Shown here: piece after piece, positions 19,049 to 30,230 of the stretch | How positions within the stretch are numbered: position 1 is the stretch's first letter | Layout of the letters: every line of letters starts with the position of its first letter | Source of the DNA: an uncultured Gammaproteobacteria bacterium | Lineage (GTDB): Bacteria > Pseudomonadota > Gammaproteobacteria > Steroidobacterales > Rariloculaceae | Assembly: GCA_913041665.1 (NCBI GenBank) | Contig: CAJWKT010000003.1 | Coordinates: 1-47,692 of the forward strand | Reading direction: 5' to 3' | DNA length: 47,692 nucleotides | Notes under the pieces: generated by a model | The model's database searches: none | Told to the model about the DNA's origin: nothing | Seen by the model: only the letters and a program-made list of their open reading frames with translations | Position numbers and translations under genes: made by a program

Positions 19049-19789
19049 ATGACTAATTGGACTAGATTCTTGCTGTTCTGGATCGGAATCTGCACGCTAA
19101 CAGCCTGCGGTGGCCGTGACAATGTAGTTGAAGAGTTTGGTCCAGAAGCCCTATACGAAACGGGCTCCGAATCTATGCTCGCGGGTAACTACCCTAACGC
19201 GATCTCATACTTCCAGGCACTAGCCGCAAGGTTTCCATTCAGTAACGTAACTCGGCAAGCCCAATTAGACATGATTTATGCGTACTACAAAGGGGCCCAG
19301 TTCGAATCAGCAATTGATGCCGCAAATGAATTTGAGGCCGAAAACCCCACTCATCCTAGGGTTGATTACTGCCTTTATATGAAAGGCCTAATTCATTTTG
19401 ACAAAGCACCAAATTGGCTTGAAAAGCTATTCCGAGTGGATCTTACGGAACGACCACCTAGAGAAACTATGCTATCGTTCTCTGACTTCCAAGAGCTAAT
19501 TCGACGTTTTCCAGACAGTGAATATGTACCTGATGCGCGAGATCGGATGATCTTTCTTCGCAATCGGCTTGCTACTTATGAAAACCATGTTGCTCGCTAT
19601 TACATAGAGCGTGAAGCATTCGTGGCTGCGATCAATCGGGCCAAATACGCAATAGAACATTACCCGGGAGCGCCCGCTCTAGAGGAGTCTCTAGGTCTGT
19701 TAGCTGAAGCCTATAATCACTTAGGGATTGCTGATCTCGCCGAAGACGCACGACGCGTACAAGAAACCACCTTTGGTGAAAATTTGTGA
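19049..19789 (+). CDS. bamD: Outer membrane assembly lipoprotein BamD
   Basis: Lipobox LTAC, TPR pattern, RFPDSEY, VARYY..R.A..AA.NR. Confidence 0.96.
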   Translation: MTNWTRFLLFWIGICTLTACGGRDNVVEEFGPEALYETGSESMLAGNYPNAISYFQALAARFPFSNVTRQAQLDMIYAYYKGAQFESAIDAANEFEAENPTHPRVDYCLYMKGLIHFDKAPNWLEKLFRVDLTERPPRETMLSFSDFQELIRRFPDSEYVPDARDRMIFLRNRLATYENHVARYYIEREAFVAAINRAKYAIEHYPGAPALEESLGLLAEAYNHLGIADLAEDARRVQETTFGENL

Positions 19790-19799
19790 TGGCGAATAA

Positions 19800-21407
19800 T
19801 CAATAACCACTCGTGATCGGATAACGCCAATCCCGCCCGAAGGCGCGACTACTCACGCGTACCCCCGGCGGAGCCTGACGCCGCTTGTACTCATTACGCT
19901 TAACCAATCCTAAAATGTTCCCAACCATCTTACGCTCGTAACCCAGTTCAACAATTTGATCAACCGAATAATCCCTTTCGATAAATGCTTCCAGAATTGG
20001 GTCCAACAAATCGTAAGATGGGAGTGAGTCCGTATCCTTTTGGTCCATTCTAAGCTCTGCCGACGGCTCACGCGAGATAACACGCTTAGGAATAACATCC
20101 TCTGTTGAGTTGCAATACTTAGCTAGCGCGTATACCAATGACTTGCTGCAATCCTTGAGAGGAGCAAAACCCCCAGCCATGTCGCCGTATAGGGTTGCGT
20201 AGCCAACGGCCATTTCACTTTTGTTACCTGTGGTTAGCAACATACAATTAAGTTTATTAGAAATGGCCATTAGCAATAAACCACGACAACGGGCTTGAAT
20301 GTTTTCTTCAGTTGTATTCTCTGGAAGGCCTTCAAAAACATCGGTAAGTACACCCCGTATTGATTCAAAGATTGGCTCAATAGATAAAACATCGTGCTGG
20401 ACGCCCATTTTTGCCGCTTGCTTAGCAGAGTCTTCTAAGCTCATCTTGGAGGTATAGCGGGATGGCATCATCACAGTCCGTACCCGGTCCGCACCTAACG
20501 CATCCACGGCCACACATAAGGTAAGAGCTGAATCTACTCCACCGGAAAGACCAAGAACTACGTTTTTAAAGCCATTCTTGTTTACATAGTCGCGCGTACC
20601 CAAGACTAACGCTTTATAAACAGCCTCCTCAGTGCTGAGTACTGGTGCCAACTCCTGCTCCCTGAGGCAGATATCGCTAGATCCGCGTTCGATCTCAACA
20701 AGATAAATACCTTCTTCAAACGCTGGTGCTCTCATTAATGTTCTGCCCTCAGCATCTATAGCTACGGAACCACCATCAAAAACAAGCTCATCTTGACCAC
20801 CGACCATGTTCACGTAGACGAGTGGTAGTCCGATTTCCCTAGCTCGCTCCCCAAGTATGGTTTCTCGCATGGACTGCTTGTGCATGTGATAGGGAGAGCC
20901 GTTGATCACCAAAAGTATTTCGGCGCCAGCATCTGCGGCTGCGTGGCATGGTTCAGGCTCCCATGCGTCTTCACAAATCGTTAATGCGAAGTGAATCCCG
21001 CTGAGCTCTACTACGGTAGAGTCTGTGCCCGCCTCAAAATACCGCTTCTCATCAAAAACAGCATAGTTGGGTAAAATCCACTTGCGATGATTTGCCAAGA
21101 CTTGGCCATCTCTAAGTACGATGCCGGAGTTAAAAAGGTTCTTATCTTCATATTCAGGATAGCCCAAACAAAGTGTAATACCCATGACGTCGCGTCGGAC
21201 TACTTCCAGAGCTTCAATTACACGCTTCTGCATGCCTTTGTGTAGAAGCAGGTCTTCAGGTGGGTACCCGCTCAAGGTGAGCTCCGGGTAAACAATTAAA
21301 TCACAGCCCAGTTCGTCTCGAGCTTGGCAAGCGCTAACTAAAACCTTGTCGGTATTGGTTTCAATGGCACCAACATGTGTATTGAGCTGGGCAAGCCCAA
21401 TCTTCAT
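19800..21407 (-). CDS. nadE: Glutamine-dependent NAD+ synthetase
   Basis: Nitrilase domain (YPPEDL, FDEKRYF, ICED) plus [22 protein letters not shown]. Confidence 0.97.
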   Translation of the reverse strand: MKIGLAQLNTHVGAIETNTDKVLVSACQARDELGCDLIVYPELTLSGYPPEDLLLHKGMQKRVIEALEVVRRDVMGITLCLGYPEYEDKNLFNSGIVLRDGQVLANHRKWILPNYAVFDEKRYFEAGTDSTVVELSGIHFALTICEDAWEPEPCHAAADAGAEILLVINGSPYHMHKQSMRETILGERAREIGLPLVYVNMVGGQDELVFDGGSVAIDAEGRTLMRAPAFEEGIYLVEIERGSSDICLREQELAPVLSTEEAVYKALVLGTRDYVNKNGFKNVVLGLSGGVDSALTLCVAVDALGADRVRTVMMPSRYTSKMSLEDSAKQAAKMGVQHDVLSIEPIFESIRGVLTDVFEGLPENTTEENIQARCRGLLLMAISNKLNCMLLTTGNKSEMAVGYATLYGDMAGGFAPLKDCSKSLVYALAKYCNSTEDVIPKRVISREPSAELRMDQKDTDSLPSYDLLDPILEAFIERDYSVDQIVELGYERKMVGNILGLVKRNEYKRRQAPPGVRVSSRAFGRDWRYPITSGY

Positions 21408-22273
21408 TCGAGTGCCCTAGTCATGGTCACACCAAGCTCAGCAGGAGAACGAACAGTAATAACTCCTGCCCGTTCAAATGCCAAATATTTTTGTTCAGCC
21501 GTTCCTTTTCCGCCCGAGATAATGGCGCCCGCATGACCCATGCGCTTACCAGGCGGAGCAGTAACCCCCGCAACATAGGCTACTACAGGTTTTTTTACAT
21601 GGCTCGCTATGTACTCTGCTGCTGCTTCCTCATCTGTGCCACCGATTTCCCCCACAAGGATAATTCCGCGCGTCTCCGGATCAGCCGCAAAAAGCTCCAG
21701 GGCATCTATAAAACTCATGCCACGTATTGGATCCCCGCCAATACCAATACAAGTCGTCTGACCAAGCCCTTCGCTTGTGGTTTGAAAGACAGCTTCATAG
21801 GTCAAAGTGCCAGACCGAGAAATAATACCGATGCTACCCGGCTGGTGGATTGATCCCGGCATGATACCGAGCTTGGCTTCACCTGGGGTTATAACGCCAG
21901 GACAGTTGGGCCCAATAAGTCGGCAGGGATAATTAGCGAGCTCTGCTTTCACCCGAACCATGTCCAGCACAGGGATCCCTTCCGTGATACAAACAATTAA
22001 CTCAACACCGGCTTCAGCAGCTTCAAGTATGGCTGCTGCCGCAAAACGGGCAGGCACATAACTCATACTTACATTGGCCTTAGTCTCCTTTACAGCTTCT
22101 AAAACTGTGTCATAGACAGAAATACCAAGATGAGACTCACCACCACGACCAGGCGTAACACCGGCCACTATCTGGGTTCCATAATCCAAGCACTGTTCCG
22201 TGTGAAAGCTGCCCTGCCGCCCTGTCAAGCCCTGACAAACCACCCGGCTATTTGAATCAACAAGAATGCTCAT
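21404..22273 (-). CDS. sucD: Succinyl-CoA ligase alpha subunit
   Basis: [22 protein letters not shown]. Confidence 0.99.
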   Translation of the reverse strand: MSILVDSNSRVVCQGLTGRQGSFHTEQCLDYGTQIVAGVTPGRGGESHLGISVYDTVLEAVKETKANVSMSYVPARFAAAAILEAAEAGVELIVCITEGIPVLDMVRVKAELANYPCRLIGPNCPGVITPGEAKLGIMPGSIHQPGSIGIISRSGTLTYEAVFQTTSEGLGQTTCIGIGGDPIRGMSFIDALELFAADPETRGIILVGEIGGTDEEAAAEYIASHVKKPVVAYVAGVTAPPGKRMGHAGAIISGGKGTAEQKYLAFERAGVITVRSPAELGVTMTRALE

Positions 22274-23442
22274 GGATTGGCGCTGCCTACTGAGGCAATA
22301 GCCTTACAGGCGGCATCAGTGAGATTGTCGGCGGCAATAATATCAAGGCCACTGTTCGCTAGAAGCATGCGGCCTTTCTCAACATTTGTACCCTCCAGCC
22401 GGACTATCACCGGAATCCTCATTTTCACTTCACGCACAGCATCAATGATGCCTTCGGCAATTAGGTCGCATCTGACAATGCCACCGAAAATATTGACTAA
22501 AATCGCCTCAACATTTTTATTAGCCAAAATAATCTTCAGCGCTTCTGTAACGCGACTGGCCGTCGCATCCCCTCCAACGTCAAGAAAGTTTGCCGGCTCA
22601 CCACCATGGAGCTTTATTAAATCCATTGTAGCCATAGCAAGACCAGCTCCATTAACCATACAGGCAATGTTGCCCTCCAAGGAAACATAGTTGAGGTGAT
22701 GTTCTCGTGCTATTCGTTCTTTTTCGTCTTCTTGATTTGGGTCCCGTAAAGCTTCAAGCTTTGTTTGCCTGAAAAGGGCACTATCCTCCACGTTAATCTT
22801 TGCATCCAACGCAAGCACGTGTCCGGAGCTCGTCAAAATCAAGGGATTAATCTCCACGACACTAGCATCACACTCGTAAAAAAGCTTGACGAGCTTAGTT
22901 AGAATATTAATAAACTCGCTTCTCTGACTCCCTTGCAAACCGAGGCCCTCCGCTAGAGAAAGAGCTTCCTTTTCCTCCAACCTACCCGTGGATGAAACCT
23001 CACCATAAAGAATTTTTTCTGGGGAGGTTTCTGCAATCTCCTCAATATCAACTCCACCAGCTACTGAAGCCATAACCATGACACGCTCTCGGAGTCGATC
23101 CACGAGCATCCCTAAATAAAACTCCTGGTCTATGGCCAAGCCCTGCTCAATATAGACACAATCGACTGACAGCCCGTTTTCCGTACTCTGATGGGTAACG
23201 AGAAATGTGCCGAGCATTTCCTTGGTATATTCACCCACTTCGTCGATCGTCCGTGCTACACGCACACCGCCAGCCTTACCGCGCCCTCCAGCGTGCACTT
23301 GGGCCTTCACAACCCAAACTTCGCCCCCTAATCTAGCTGCAGCGCTTCTAGCATCCTGCTCGCTATAGGCTACAAAACCTTGGGGCACAGGAATACCATA
23401 CTCTGAAAAAAGCACTTTAGACTGGTATTCGTGAAGATTCAT
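22270..23442 (-). CDS. sucC: Succinyl-CoA ligase beta subunit
   Basis: MNLHEYQ start at 23442, [32 protein letters not shown]. Confidence 0.99.
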   Translation of the reverse strand: MNLHEYQSKVLFSEYGIPVPQGFVAYSEQDARSAAARLGGEVWVVKAQVHAGGRGKAGGVRVARTIDEVGEYTKEMLGTFLVTHQSTENGLSVDCVYIEQGLAIDQEFYLGMLVDRLRERVMVMASVAGGVDIEEIAETSPEKILYGEVSSTGRLEEKEALSLAEGLGLQGSQRSEFINILTKLVKLFYECDASVVEINPLILTSSGHVLALDAKINVEDSALFRQTKLEALRDPNQEDEKERIAREHHLNYVSLEGNIACMVNGAGLAMATMDLIKLHGGEPANFLDVGGDATASRVTEALKIILANKNVEAILVNIFGGIVRCDLIAEGIIDAVREVKMRIPVIVRLEGTNVEKGRMLLANSGLDIIAADNLTDAACKAIASVGSANP

Positions 23443-23771
23443 AGCTGCCGTACATGGGAAAGCTCGATATTGTGCGGCAAACAACTGCCTAAGGAAACAG
23501 CACTGGAGATTTAACAAATGCTCTTTAGTGAAAGTCCGTATTTATTGAGTCGTAATCAATTCTCTTGATAGCTTATGTTGCGGCCAAAGATTAATAAAAA
23601 AACCAAAATGCCCGCTACCTAAAATGTCTGGTAGAGTGCCAGTATGAGTTGGAAAAGAGTAAACAGCAGCAGAAAAAAATGTGGGTCTTAAAAAGCTCCT
23701 GCAAGCTAGGGTTTTCAGCTGCTTACCGAATCGTTCGGTCGCAAACACGTTTTTCTAGATTTTTTTGAAAA

Positions 23772-24656
23772 ATGGAATTCTTTGAGCGCCAACCTTTGAT
23801 GTTATTCATGGCAACAGGCGTAGTGGGATTGATCATAGGTAGCTTTCTCAACGTGGTTACCTTTCGGGTTCCCATCATGATAGGGCGTGTCTGGCGCAAA
23901 GAATGTGCTGATCTAAAAAATCAAAAACTTTTATTTCCGCCAAGCGCTAAAGACGGCCCGTTTAATCTGTGGCGACCGGGCTCATGTTGCCCGCATTGCA
24001 GTTCGGTGATCCCAATTCACCACAATATTCCTTTGATTAGCTATTTTTGGCTAAGGGGTCTTTGCACCTTCTGCGGTAAAAAAATTTCACTACGATACCC
24101 TATGATGGAAATGGCGGCGGCACTAGCAAGCCTCGGGGTAGCGTGGACGTTTGGCCCTACTTGGCAGACCCTAGCAGCCTTATTTTTTACTTGGGCACTT
24201 CTAGCGCTCGCAGTAATTGATATTGAAAGCCAGCTACTACCAGACTCCATTACGTTACCGCTGCTATGGACAGGCATACTGGTAAGCCTTTTTCAGCCTT
24301 ATGGCTGGGCTCTTTTCGCAGATCTGCGCTCCAGTGTAATTGGAAGCGTTGCGGGTTATCTTAGCTTGTGGGGCGTATCCCAATTGTTCAAATTGGCAAC
24401 TGGAAGGGAGGGAATGGGACGCGGAGATTTTAAATTGCTAGCCGCTATAGGAGCCTGGTTAGGCTGGCAAGTATTGCCACTTGTTATTCTGATAGCTGCC
24501 TTTGTAGGTACGATTGTTGGCATCACCATGATGGTTCTTTCTGACTGGTCCCGTACAACACGGGTTTCTTTTGGACCTTATCTAGCAGGGGCTGGGTGGA
24601 CTTCGCTGCTTTTTGGGGACCAGTTGATGGACGTGTATTTAAAAACCCTAGCATAA
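23772..24656 (+). CDS. pilD: Prepilin peptidase / N-methyltransferase
   Basis: GSFLNVV, two CxxC, ID...LLPD, GMGRGDFKL, FGPYL. Confidence 0.96.
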   Translation: MEFFERQPLMLFMATGVVGLIIGSFLNVVTFRVPIMIGRVWRKECADLKNQKLLFPPSAKDGPFNLWRPGSCCPHCSSVIPIHHNIPLISYFWLRGLCTFCGKKISLRYPMMEMAAALASLGVAWTFGPTWQTLAALFFTWALLALAVIDIESQLLPDSITLPLLWTGILVSLFQPYGWALFADLRSSVIGSVAGYLSLWGVSQLFKLATGREGMGRGDFKLLAAIGAWLGWQVLPLVILIAAFVGTIVGITMMVLSDWSRTTRVSFGPYLAGAGWTSLLFGDQLMDVYLKTLA

Positions 24657-24680
24657 ATAAAAAACAGGAGAGCTATTCGA

Positions 24681-25304
24681 GTGTTTCGGATCGGAGTTAC
24701 CGGAGGTGTTGCAAGCGGGAAAACAATGATTGCGGACATGTTTTCCGAGTTAGGGGCTGGCGTGGTCGATACGGATCTCATTGCTCGAGATGTCGTTGCG
24801 CCGGGCGAGAAAGGGCTAAAAGCCGTTAGCGAGGCATTTGGGGATAAGGTATTGAACGCGTCGGGAGAACTTGATCGAGCTTCGCTAAGAAATATTATTT
24901 TTAATAATGCAAAAGAAAGAGATCGACTTGAAAAAATTTTACATCCCCTTATTAGAGTGCAATGCCTAGCACAAGTGAATTCCCTTCAAACACCATACGC
25001 TCTAGTAGTAGTACCTCTATTAGTTGAGACAGGCTTCGCTAAATTTGTTCATCGAGTGTTAGTAGTGGATTGTTTGGCTGATCTACAAATTCAACGCTTA
25101 ATGAAACGTGACCAGCTCAAGCAATCTGATGCCCAAGCTATGCTGGATGCTCAAGTCAACCGAGCAACGCGCCTAAAAATAGCCAATGATGTGCTAGATA
25201 ATAATGGAAGCCCCGATCAGGCCCGCGTAAAAGTGGGAAAACTACATTCAAAATATCTTGAATTGATCAAAGTTTGCCCAGAAGAACAAGGTCGGCCAGA
25301 ATAA
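24681..25304 (+). CDS. coaE: Dephospho-CoA kinase
   Basis: GVTGGVASGKT, DTD.IAR, LDR..LR, HPLIR, VPLLVE. Confidence 0.97.
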   Translation: MFRIGVTGGVASGKTMIADMFSELGAGVVDTDLIARDVVAPGEKGLKAVSEAFGDKVLNASGELDRASLRNIIFNNAKERDRLEKILHPLIRVQCLAQVNSLQTPYALVVVPLLVETGFAKFVHRVLVVDCLADLQIQRLMKRDQLKQSDAQAMLDAQVNRATRLKIANDVLDNNGSPDQARVKVGKLHSKYLELIKVCPEEQGRPE

Positions 25305-25308
25305 CACC

Positions 25309-26112
25309 ATGCCTGATAATACTACTGATCTCGCTAGTGATTCGCCCCGAGAAGACTTCGTGGTTTTCGAGCAACCCCTTACTGAGCGGTTGCGCACTTT
25401 CCTTCGAATAGAACTGCTCTACAGACAGGCCTTATTTCACTCTCGTGCCCCTACGGACTTAAGCGCAAGGGCAGCTGTCTCCAGCCTCCTTGAAATTATG
25501 ATCATTCTCGGGCGGGGCGACACCCGGGCAGAGGTGCTAAATGAACTAGAGCACCAAAATGACACCTTGGCTAGCTATCAAAAACAAAGAGAAGTTGACC
25601 TAGAACAGCTAAACGAATTTCTGGGTAGAATCAAAACACTCAGAGCAAAACTGACTGACGTGGGCACAACCTTCATGAATCCACTTAAACACAGCGACTT
25701 CCTTAATGCCATAAAACACCGGAGTGCTATTCCGGGGGGCACCTGTATATTCGATCTGCCCGATTACGGCTTCTGGCTACGCTTACCCTACGAAGAACGG
25801 GCAAGCCAATTTCATGCCTGGACTGATACGTTGGCGCCCGTTTGCGACGCGGTCACTGAAGTACTCTGGCTCACACGGGAAACAACAGAACCGGAAAAGA
25901 AAACTGCTGAAGGCGGCCTATACCAGCACAGGTTCGGACAAAACAAGGGGAAAAAACTCGTACGTGTTTTTCTACCTGGTAGCGCGCGCGTATATCCGGA
26001 AATCAGCGCAGGCAAACATAACTTTGCGGTGCGCTTTGTTGAGTGGAAAGGCATTGATTCACCGCGAGTGGAAATCTCTGGCGACATAATATTTTTGCTG
26101 GCGCTGTGTTAA
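25309..26112 (+). CDS. zapD: Cell division protein ZapD
   Basis: FEQPLTERLRTFLRIE, IPGGTC.FDLP, YPEISAGKH; follows coaE. Confidence 0.94.
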   Translation: MPDNTTDLASDSPREDFVVFEQPLTERLRTFLRIELLYRQALFHSRAPTDLSARAAVSSLLEIMIILGRGDTRAEVLNELEHQNDTLASYQKQREVDLEQLNEFLGRIKTLRAKLTDVGTTFMNPLKHSDFLNAIKHRSAIPGGTCIFDLPDYGFWLRLPYEERASQFHAWTDTLAPVCDAVTEVLWLTRETTEPEKKTAEGGLYQHRFGQNKGKKLVRVFLPGSARVYPEISAGKHNFAVRFVEWKGIDSPRVEISGDIIFLLALC

Positions 26113-26162
26113 TTAAAAACTATTTTAACTATTAATGCCCTTCTTTCTTGCCTATGTGGAAG

Positions 26163-26576
26163 TTATTCCCATCCGGGACATTCATTCCGACTAATCAAAG
26201 CTTCAATAATTGGTTTATCTGCTGGTAAAAATCTTATATTCTTCAGATCCTGCGGCAAAATCCACGCAATCGGCTGACTCTCAAGAGACACCGGCTGACC
26301 CTCATATGTTTGGATTAAAAAAATGTCAAGGCAGACACAACGATCTGGGTAGTCGTGTTTTAAAACCATTAGGGGTCGAGCTTCAAGTACCTGAATACCC
26401 AACTCTTCTTTGAGTTCTCTCTCCAGCGCCTCCTGCCTACCCTCGAGAGCTCTCCGTTTGCCTCCCGGGAACTCCCAAAAGCCCCCCATGTGTGCTCCCT
26501 CCACTCTCTGACTGACAAGAACGCGTCCCTGCCCATCCAAAATAAGACCGACTACTACATTTTTAGATACGGCCAT
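26163..26576 (-). CDS. mutT: 8-oxo-dGTP diphosphatase (Nudix)
   Basis: WEFPGGK, intact Nudix box RELKEELGI, HDYPDR; follows secA. Confidence 0.9.
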   Translation of the reverse strand: MAVSKNVVVGLILDGQGRVLVSQRVEGAHMGGFWEFPGGKRRALEGRQEALERELKEELGIQVLEARPLMVLKHDYPDRCVCLDIFLIQTYEGQPVSLESQPIAWILPQDLKNIRFLPADKPIIEALISRNECPGWE

Positions 26577-26596
26577 AGAGGCTACGGATTGATCAC

Positions 26597-29563
26597 TCAA
26601 CTCAGGTGCCCGTGACAATGCTTATACTTCTTCCCCGATTTGCAAGGACATGGATCATTCCGCCCAACCTTCGGTTGCTGACGGATGTAAGGCGTGGCGG
26701 GCTTTCCAGGCAAAGATTGAGGGCGGGGAGCGCCTCCACCTAGAGAGATGGGACCAGGTGACGGGAATTTTCCCGCACCGTGCGGCAATTCAGGCGACGC
26801 TGCTGCAAGCGAGGGCGCCGCAGCATGCTGAAACCTCATGGTGCCAGTTTGTGCTGCACCCGAACCCAAAGCTTGGGCATCCTCTGGCCGCCTTATATGA
26901 ACCTTTGAGAGAAAAACAATTGTGTCGTATTTAACCCTATCAAGCATTTGACTAAACATTTCAAATGATTCTCGTTTGTACTCCTGAGCAGGTTTGCGCT
27001 GTGCGTACGCACGCAGATGTATCCATTGACGCAGATAATCCAGTGCTCCTATGTGGTCCTTCCAATGTGTATCAAGCTGGCGAAGCATCATTCCTCGTTC
27101 CAGCTCCCTCATTAATTCAGCGCCATGCTCGACAACCTTCGCTTCATAATCAGCAGAGACCCGCCCTACAAGTTCTTTTCGTAAATCTACCTCATTCGCT
27201 GCATCATTTTTCTCCAAAAATTTTTCGACATCGACGCGTGTACCAAATTCGTGTTCCAAACCTTTCATTAAGCCAGCCACATCCCACGCTTCCTCAGCAC
27301 TCTGGGGTTGAATGTACTCATCTATTACCAGATTAATGACCTCCTCACGGACACCAACAATAACATCCTCGATGTCATCGGCCCCCATTAAATCAGCGCG
27401 CTGCTCGTAAATAACCTTACGCTGATCGTTAGCTACATCATCGTATTCAAGTAGCTGTTTTCTTATATCAAAGTTGTGAGCCTCTACCTTACGCTGAGCA
27501 CGTTCTATCTGACGGGAAAGCAACTTACTCTCGATCGCTTCACCCTGCTGCATACCGGCCCGAGACAACAAGCGTTTTGTGCGCTCCGGATCACCGAAGA
27601 TGCGCATCAAATTATCTTCCATTGAAAGATAAAAACGGCTAGATCCAGGATCCCCTTGACGTCCTGATCGACCACGCAATTGATTGTCAATTCTTCTTGA
27701 TTCATGGCGCTCTGTGCCCACAATATGAAGCCCACCCGAGTTGATTACTTTCTCATGAAGGCCCCGCCATTCCTTGCGAGACTCTTTGATTACTGACTCT
27801 TCTGTTACATCTCGACGCTTAAGCTCTGCTTCTGTATTCCCGCCGAGCACAATGTCCGTTCCGCGGCCCGCCATATTAGTAGCTATAGTTACAGTGCCAG
27901 GTCGTCCAGCCTGAATGATGATCTCGGCTTCTCGCTCATGGTACTTAGCATTGAGTACTTGGTGAGGAATCTGTTTCTTTCCCAAAAGCTCAGAAAGATA
28001 TTCCGAAGTTTCAATAGATGTCGTACCAACCAATACAGGCTGACCGCGTTCGTGGCAATCCTTAATATCTTCAATGATGGCATCAAATTTATCTTTCTGG
28101 GTTAGATAAACGAGATCAGCACCATCATCTCGAATCATAGGCATATGGGTCGGAATGACCGCTACCTCAAGATTATAGATCTGCTGAAACTCATACGCCT
28201 CCGTGTCCGCTGTTCCAGTCATGCCAGCTAATTTTCCATACAGACGAAAATAATTTTGGAACGTGATCGAAGCAATGGTTTGATTCTCCTCCTTTACCCG
28301 AACATCTTCTTTTGCCTCAATAGCCTGATGCAAACCGTCAGACCAGCGCCTCCCCGGCATAGTTCGCCCGGTAAATTCATCAACAATTACGACCTCTCCT
28401 TCCTGAACGATATAATCCACCTCACGCCTGAATAAAGCGTGCGCTCTAAGTGCAGCTGTTAAATGATGCATTAGGCGGATGTTGGCTGCGTCATATAGGC
28501 TGTCTCCACTTTCCAGTACTCCTGCTTCAGCCAACAACTTTTCGACACGATCGTGACCCTCTTCAGTAAGATGTGCCTGCTTAGCCTTCTCGTCCACCAA
28601 GAAATCCCCCGGAATAATTAGCTGGCATTTTGCAGGCTTAGTCTTCGCGTCTATTTCCACTAAGTGCTGACCGTTTTGCTGAGCATGGTCGAGTGCATCT
28701 TGCAAAACCATCTCCCCTCTATCTTCGCCATTAACATCCATTAATTGCACCCTTCCTGCCTCTATTTCCTCGTTCGCAGCGCCGGCAGGGGGAGAGTGGA
28801 GTTTTAGCTTAGGGACTAGGTGGTTAATTTTGACATATAGCTCTGTGCTTTCCTCGGAACGCCCAGAAATGATCAACGGCGTCCTAGCCTCATCGATAAG
28901 AATAGAGTCCACTTCATCAACGATTGCAAACGCAAGCCCTCGCTGAGCCCTATCTTCTTTTCTAAGAGCAAGGTTATCCCTCAAATAATCAAATCCAAAT
29001 TCGTTATTGGTGCCATAGGTGATATCTGCCTCGTAAGCACGACGCTTGTCATCGGGCGTTTGTCCGCTCTTAACCACGCCTACTTCCATCCCTAAGAAAC
29101 GATAGATAGGTTCCATCCAGTCTGCATCGCGCTGGGCTAGGTAGTCGTTGACAGTTACGATGTGAACACCGCGACCAGTAAGCGCATTCAAATATGCGGG
29201 CAGCGTAGCCGCCAAGGTTTTTCCCTCGCCGGTTCGCATTTCTGCGATCTTTCCCACGTGTAAAACAATGCCACCAATAAGCTGAACATCGAAATGTCTC
29301 AGCCCCAGGGCTCTTCGTGAAGCTTCACGTACTGCTGCAAATGCTTGCGGTAGAAGTGTCTCCAAATCACCATCGGTCACATACTGACTCTTCAGTTCAG
29401 CTGTAATAGAACTAAGGTCCTCATCGCTGAGATCCTTAAATTCTGACTCCAAAGCGTTAATAGCCTTTACGAGCCTACCGTACCCTTTCAGCAGACGCTG
29501 ATTCCGACTACCAAAGATGCCACGAAAAGAATTCAAAATAGCTTTAATCAAGAAAAATACCAC
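26597..29563 (-). CDS. secA: Preprotein translocase ATPase SecA with IF3-N-like insert
   Basis: [52 protein letters not shown]...CHG; true start may be TTG at 29551. Confidence 0.99.
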   Translation of the reverse strand: MVFFLIKAILNSFRGIFGSRNQRLLKGYGRLVKAINALESEFKDLSDEDLSSITAELKSQYVTDGDLETLLPQAFAAVREASRRALGLRHFDVQLIGGIVLHVGKIAEMRTGEGKTLAATLPAYLNALTGRGVHIVTVNDYLAQRDADWMEPIYRFLGMEVGVVKSGQTPDDKRRAYEADITYGTNNEFGFDYLRDNLALRKEDRAQRGLAFAIVDEVDSILIDEARTPLIISGRSEESTELYVKINHLVPKLKLHSPPAGAANEEIEAGRVQLMDVNGEDRGEMVLQDALDHAQQNGQHLVEIDAKTKPAKCQLIIPGDFLVDEKAKQAHLTEEGHDRVEKLLAEAGVLESGDSLYDAANIRLMHHLTAALRAHALFRREVDYIVQEGEVVIVDEFTGRTMPGRRWSDGLHQAIEAKEDVRVKEENQTIASITFQNYFRLYGKLAGMTGTADTEAYEFQQIYNLEVAVIPTHMPMIRDDGADLVYLTQKDKFDAIIEDIKDCHERGQPVLVGTTSIETSEYLSELLGKKQIPHQVLNAKYHEREAEIIIQAGRPGTVTIATNMAGRGTDIVLGGNTEAELKRRDVTEESVIKESRKEWRGLHEKVINSGGLHIVGTERHESRRIDNQLRGRSGRQGDPGSSRFYLSMEDNLMRIFGDPERTKRLLSRAGMQQGEAIESKLLSRQIERAQRKVEAHNFDIRKQLLEYDDVANDQRKVIYEQRADLMGADDIEDVIVGVREEVINLVIDEYIQPQSAEEAWDVAGLMKGLEHEFGTRVDVEKFLEKNDAANEVDLRKELVGRVSADYEAKVVEHGAELMRELERGMMLRQLDTHWKDHIGALDYLRQWIHLRAYAQRKPAQEYKRESFEMFSQMLDRVKYDTIVFLSKVHIRRPEDAQALGSGAAQTGTMRFQHAAAPSLAAASPELPHGAGKFPSPGPISLGGGAPRPQSLPGKPATPYIRQQPKVGRNDPCPCKSGKKYKHCHGHLS
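28613..28774 (-). other. IF3 N-terminal-domain-like insertion within the SecA PPXD
   Basis: 54 aa, ungapped, 20/54 identical to E. coli IF3 N-domain as recalled (NxEIxA..VxL....GE..G...L..AL..A...G..LVEI.....P..C). Confidence 0.88.
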
Positions 29564-29616
29564 CCACCACTGAACCGGTTATTTTACGACCAGAATAGTC
29601 CTTTTGGGACCTTTCG

Positions 29617-29760
29617 TCAGATAGCCGCCCTAATGATCTAGCCCAAGGAATCAGTGAATTGTTCATCAAACAACATCACAAAATAAAGATCTGAACCTTT
29701 GGCACACCCATTAATGGGGCTTTACATGGGAAATCTCAACCACCCCAGCAAGGTTTCTAC
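29617..29760 (-). pseudogene. Decayed 3' remnant of an M23-family peptidase gene
   Basis: NGCAKGSDLYFVMLFDEQFTDSLG*I aligns ungapped with M23 consensus TGRSTGPHLHFEVLxDGxxxDPLxYI, at the usual position upstream of secA. Confidence 0.55.
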
Positions 29761-29927
29761 GGCCCAAAAGTAAGAGTATTATTGAAATTTAGCTAGCAAA
29801 ATAAGAGCCCTGATCGTAAAAGAGGAGGATTTGAGCATATTGAGTTTGTCTCGCGTATGGAATTTCAGCAAAAAAAAATTATTGAATGCGGACTTAATTC
29901 CCTACCATTGAGCGCTATTTCAAAACC

Positions 29928-30230
29928 ATGAGCCCTGGATCACCCCGTTGTCTAGCCGATCTACTCGCTGATGGACAGCTGGGAATGCTCGCCCGTGAAG
30001 CTAGAAGCCGTCGCGGAATAACGGAAAGAATTCGATTGCTGTTGCCCGTTGATCAAGCGAAGCACCTAATTTCTGCGAACGTAAATGATAGTGGGGACTT
30101 GGTACTGCTAATGGATTCTTCTGTTTGGGCTGCACGAGCACGATATTCAGCCGGACAACTAGGCGTAAATCGGCTCAAAGTAAAAGTCTTACCCAATCTT
30201 AATCAGTCAGATAATCCTGGTACCAACTGA
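29928..30230 (+). CDS. DUF721 / DciA-like protein
   Basis: [16 protein letters not shown] motif; convergent with lpxC and divergent from secA, the usual position. Confidence 0.75.
   Translation: MSPGSPRCLADLLADGQLGMLAREARSRRGITERIRLLLPVDQAKHLISANVNDSGDLVLLMDSSVWAARARYSAGQLGVNRLKVKVLPNLNQSDNPGTN

Noticed and set aside
23683-23740. GLKKLLQ...NR resembling a PilB C-terminus
   Set aside because: Too short and gapped to support by eye.
23542-23748. 68-aa minus-strand ORF upstream of sucC
   Set aside because: No recognisable motif or SD; likely a spurious frame in a divergent promoter spacer.
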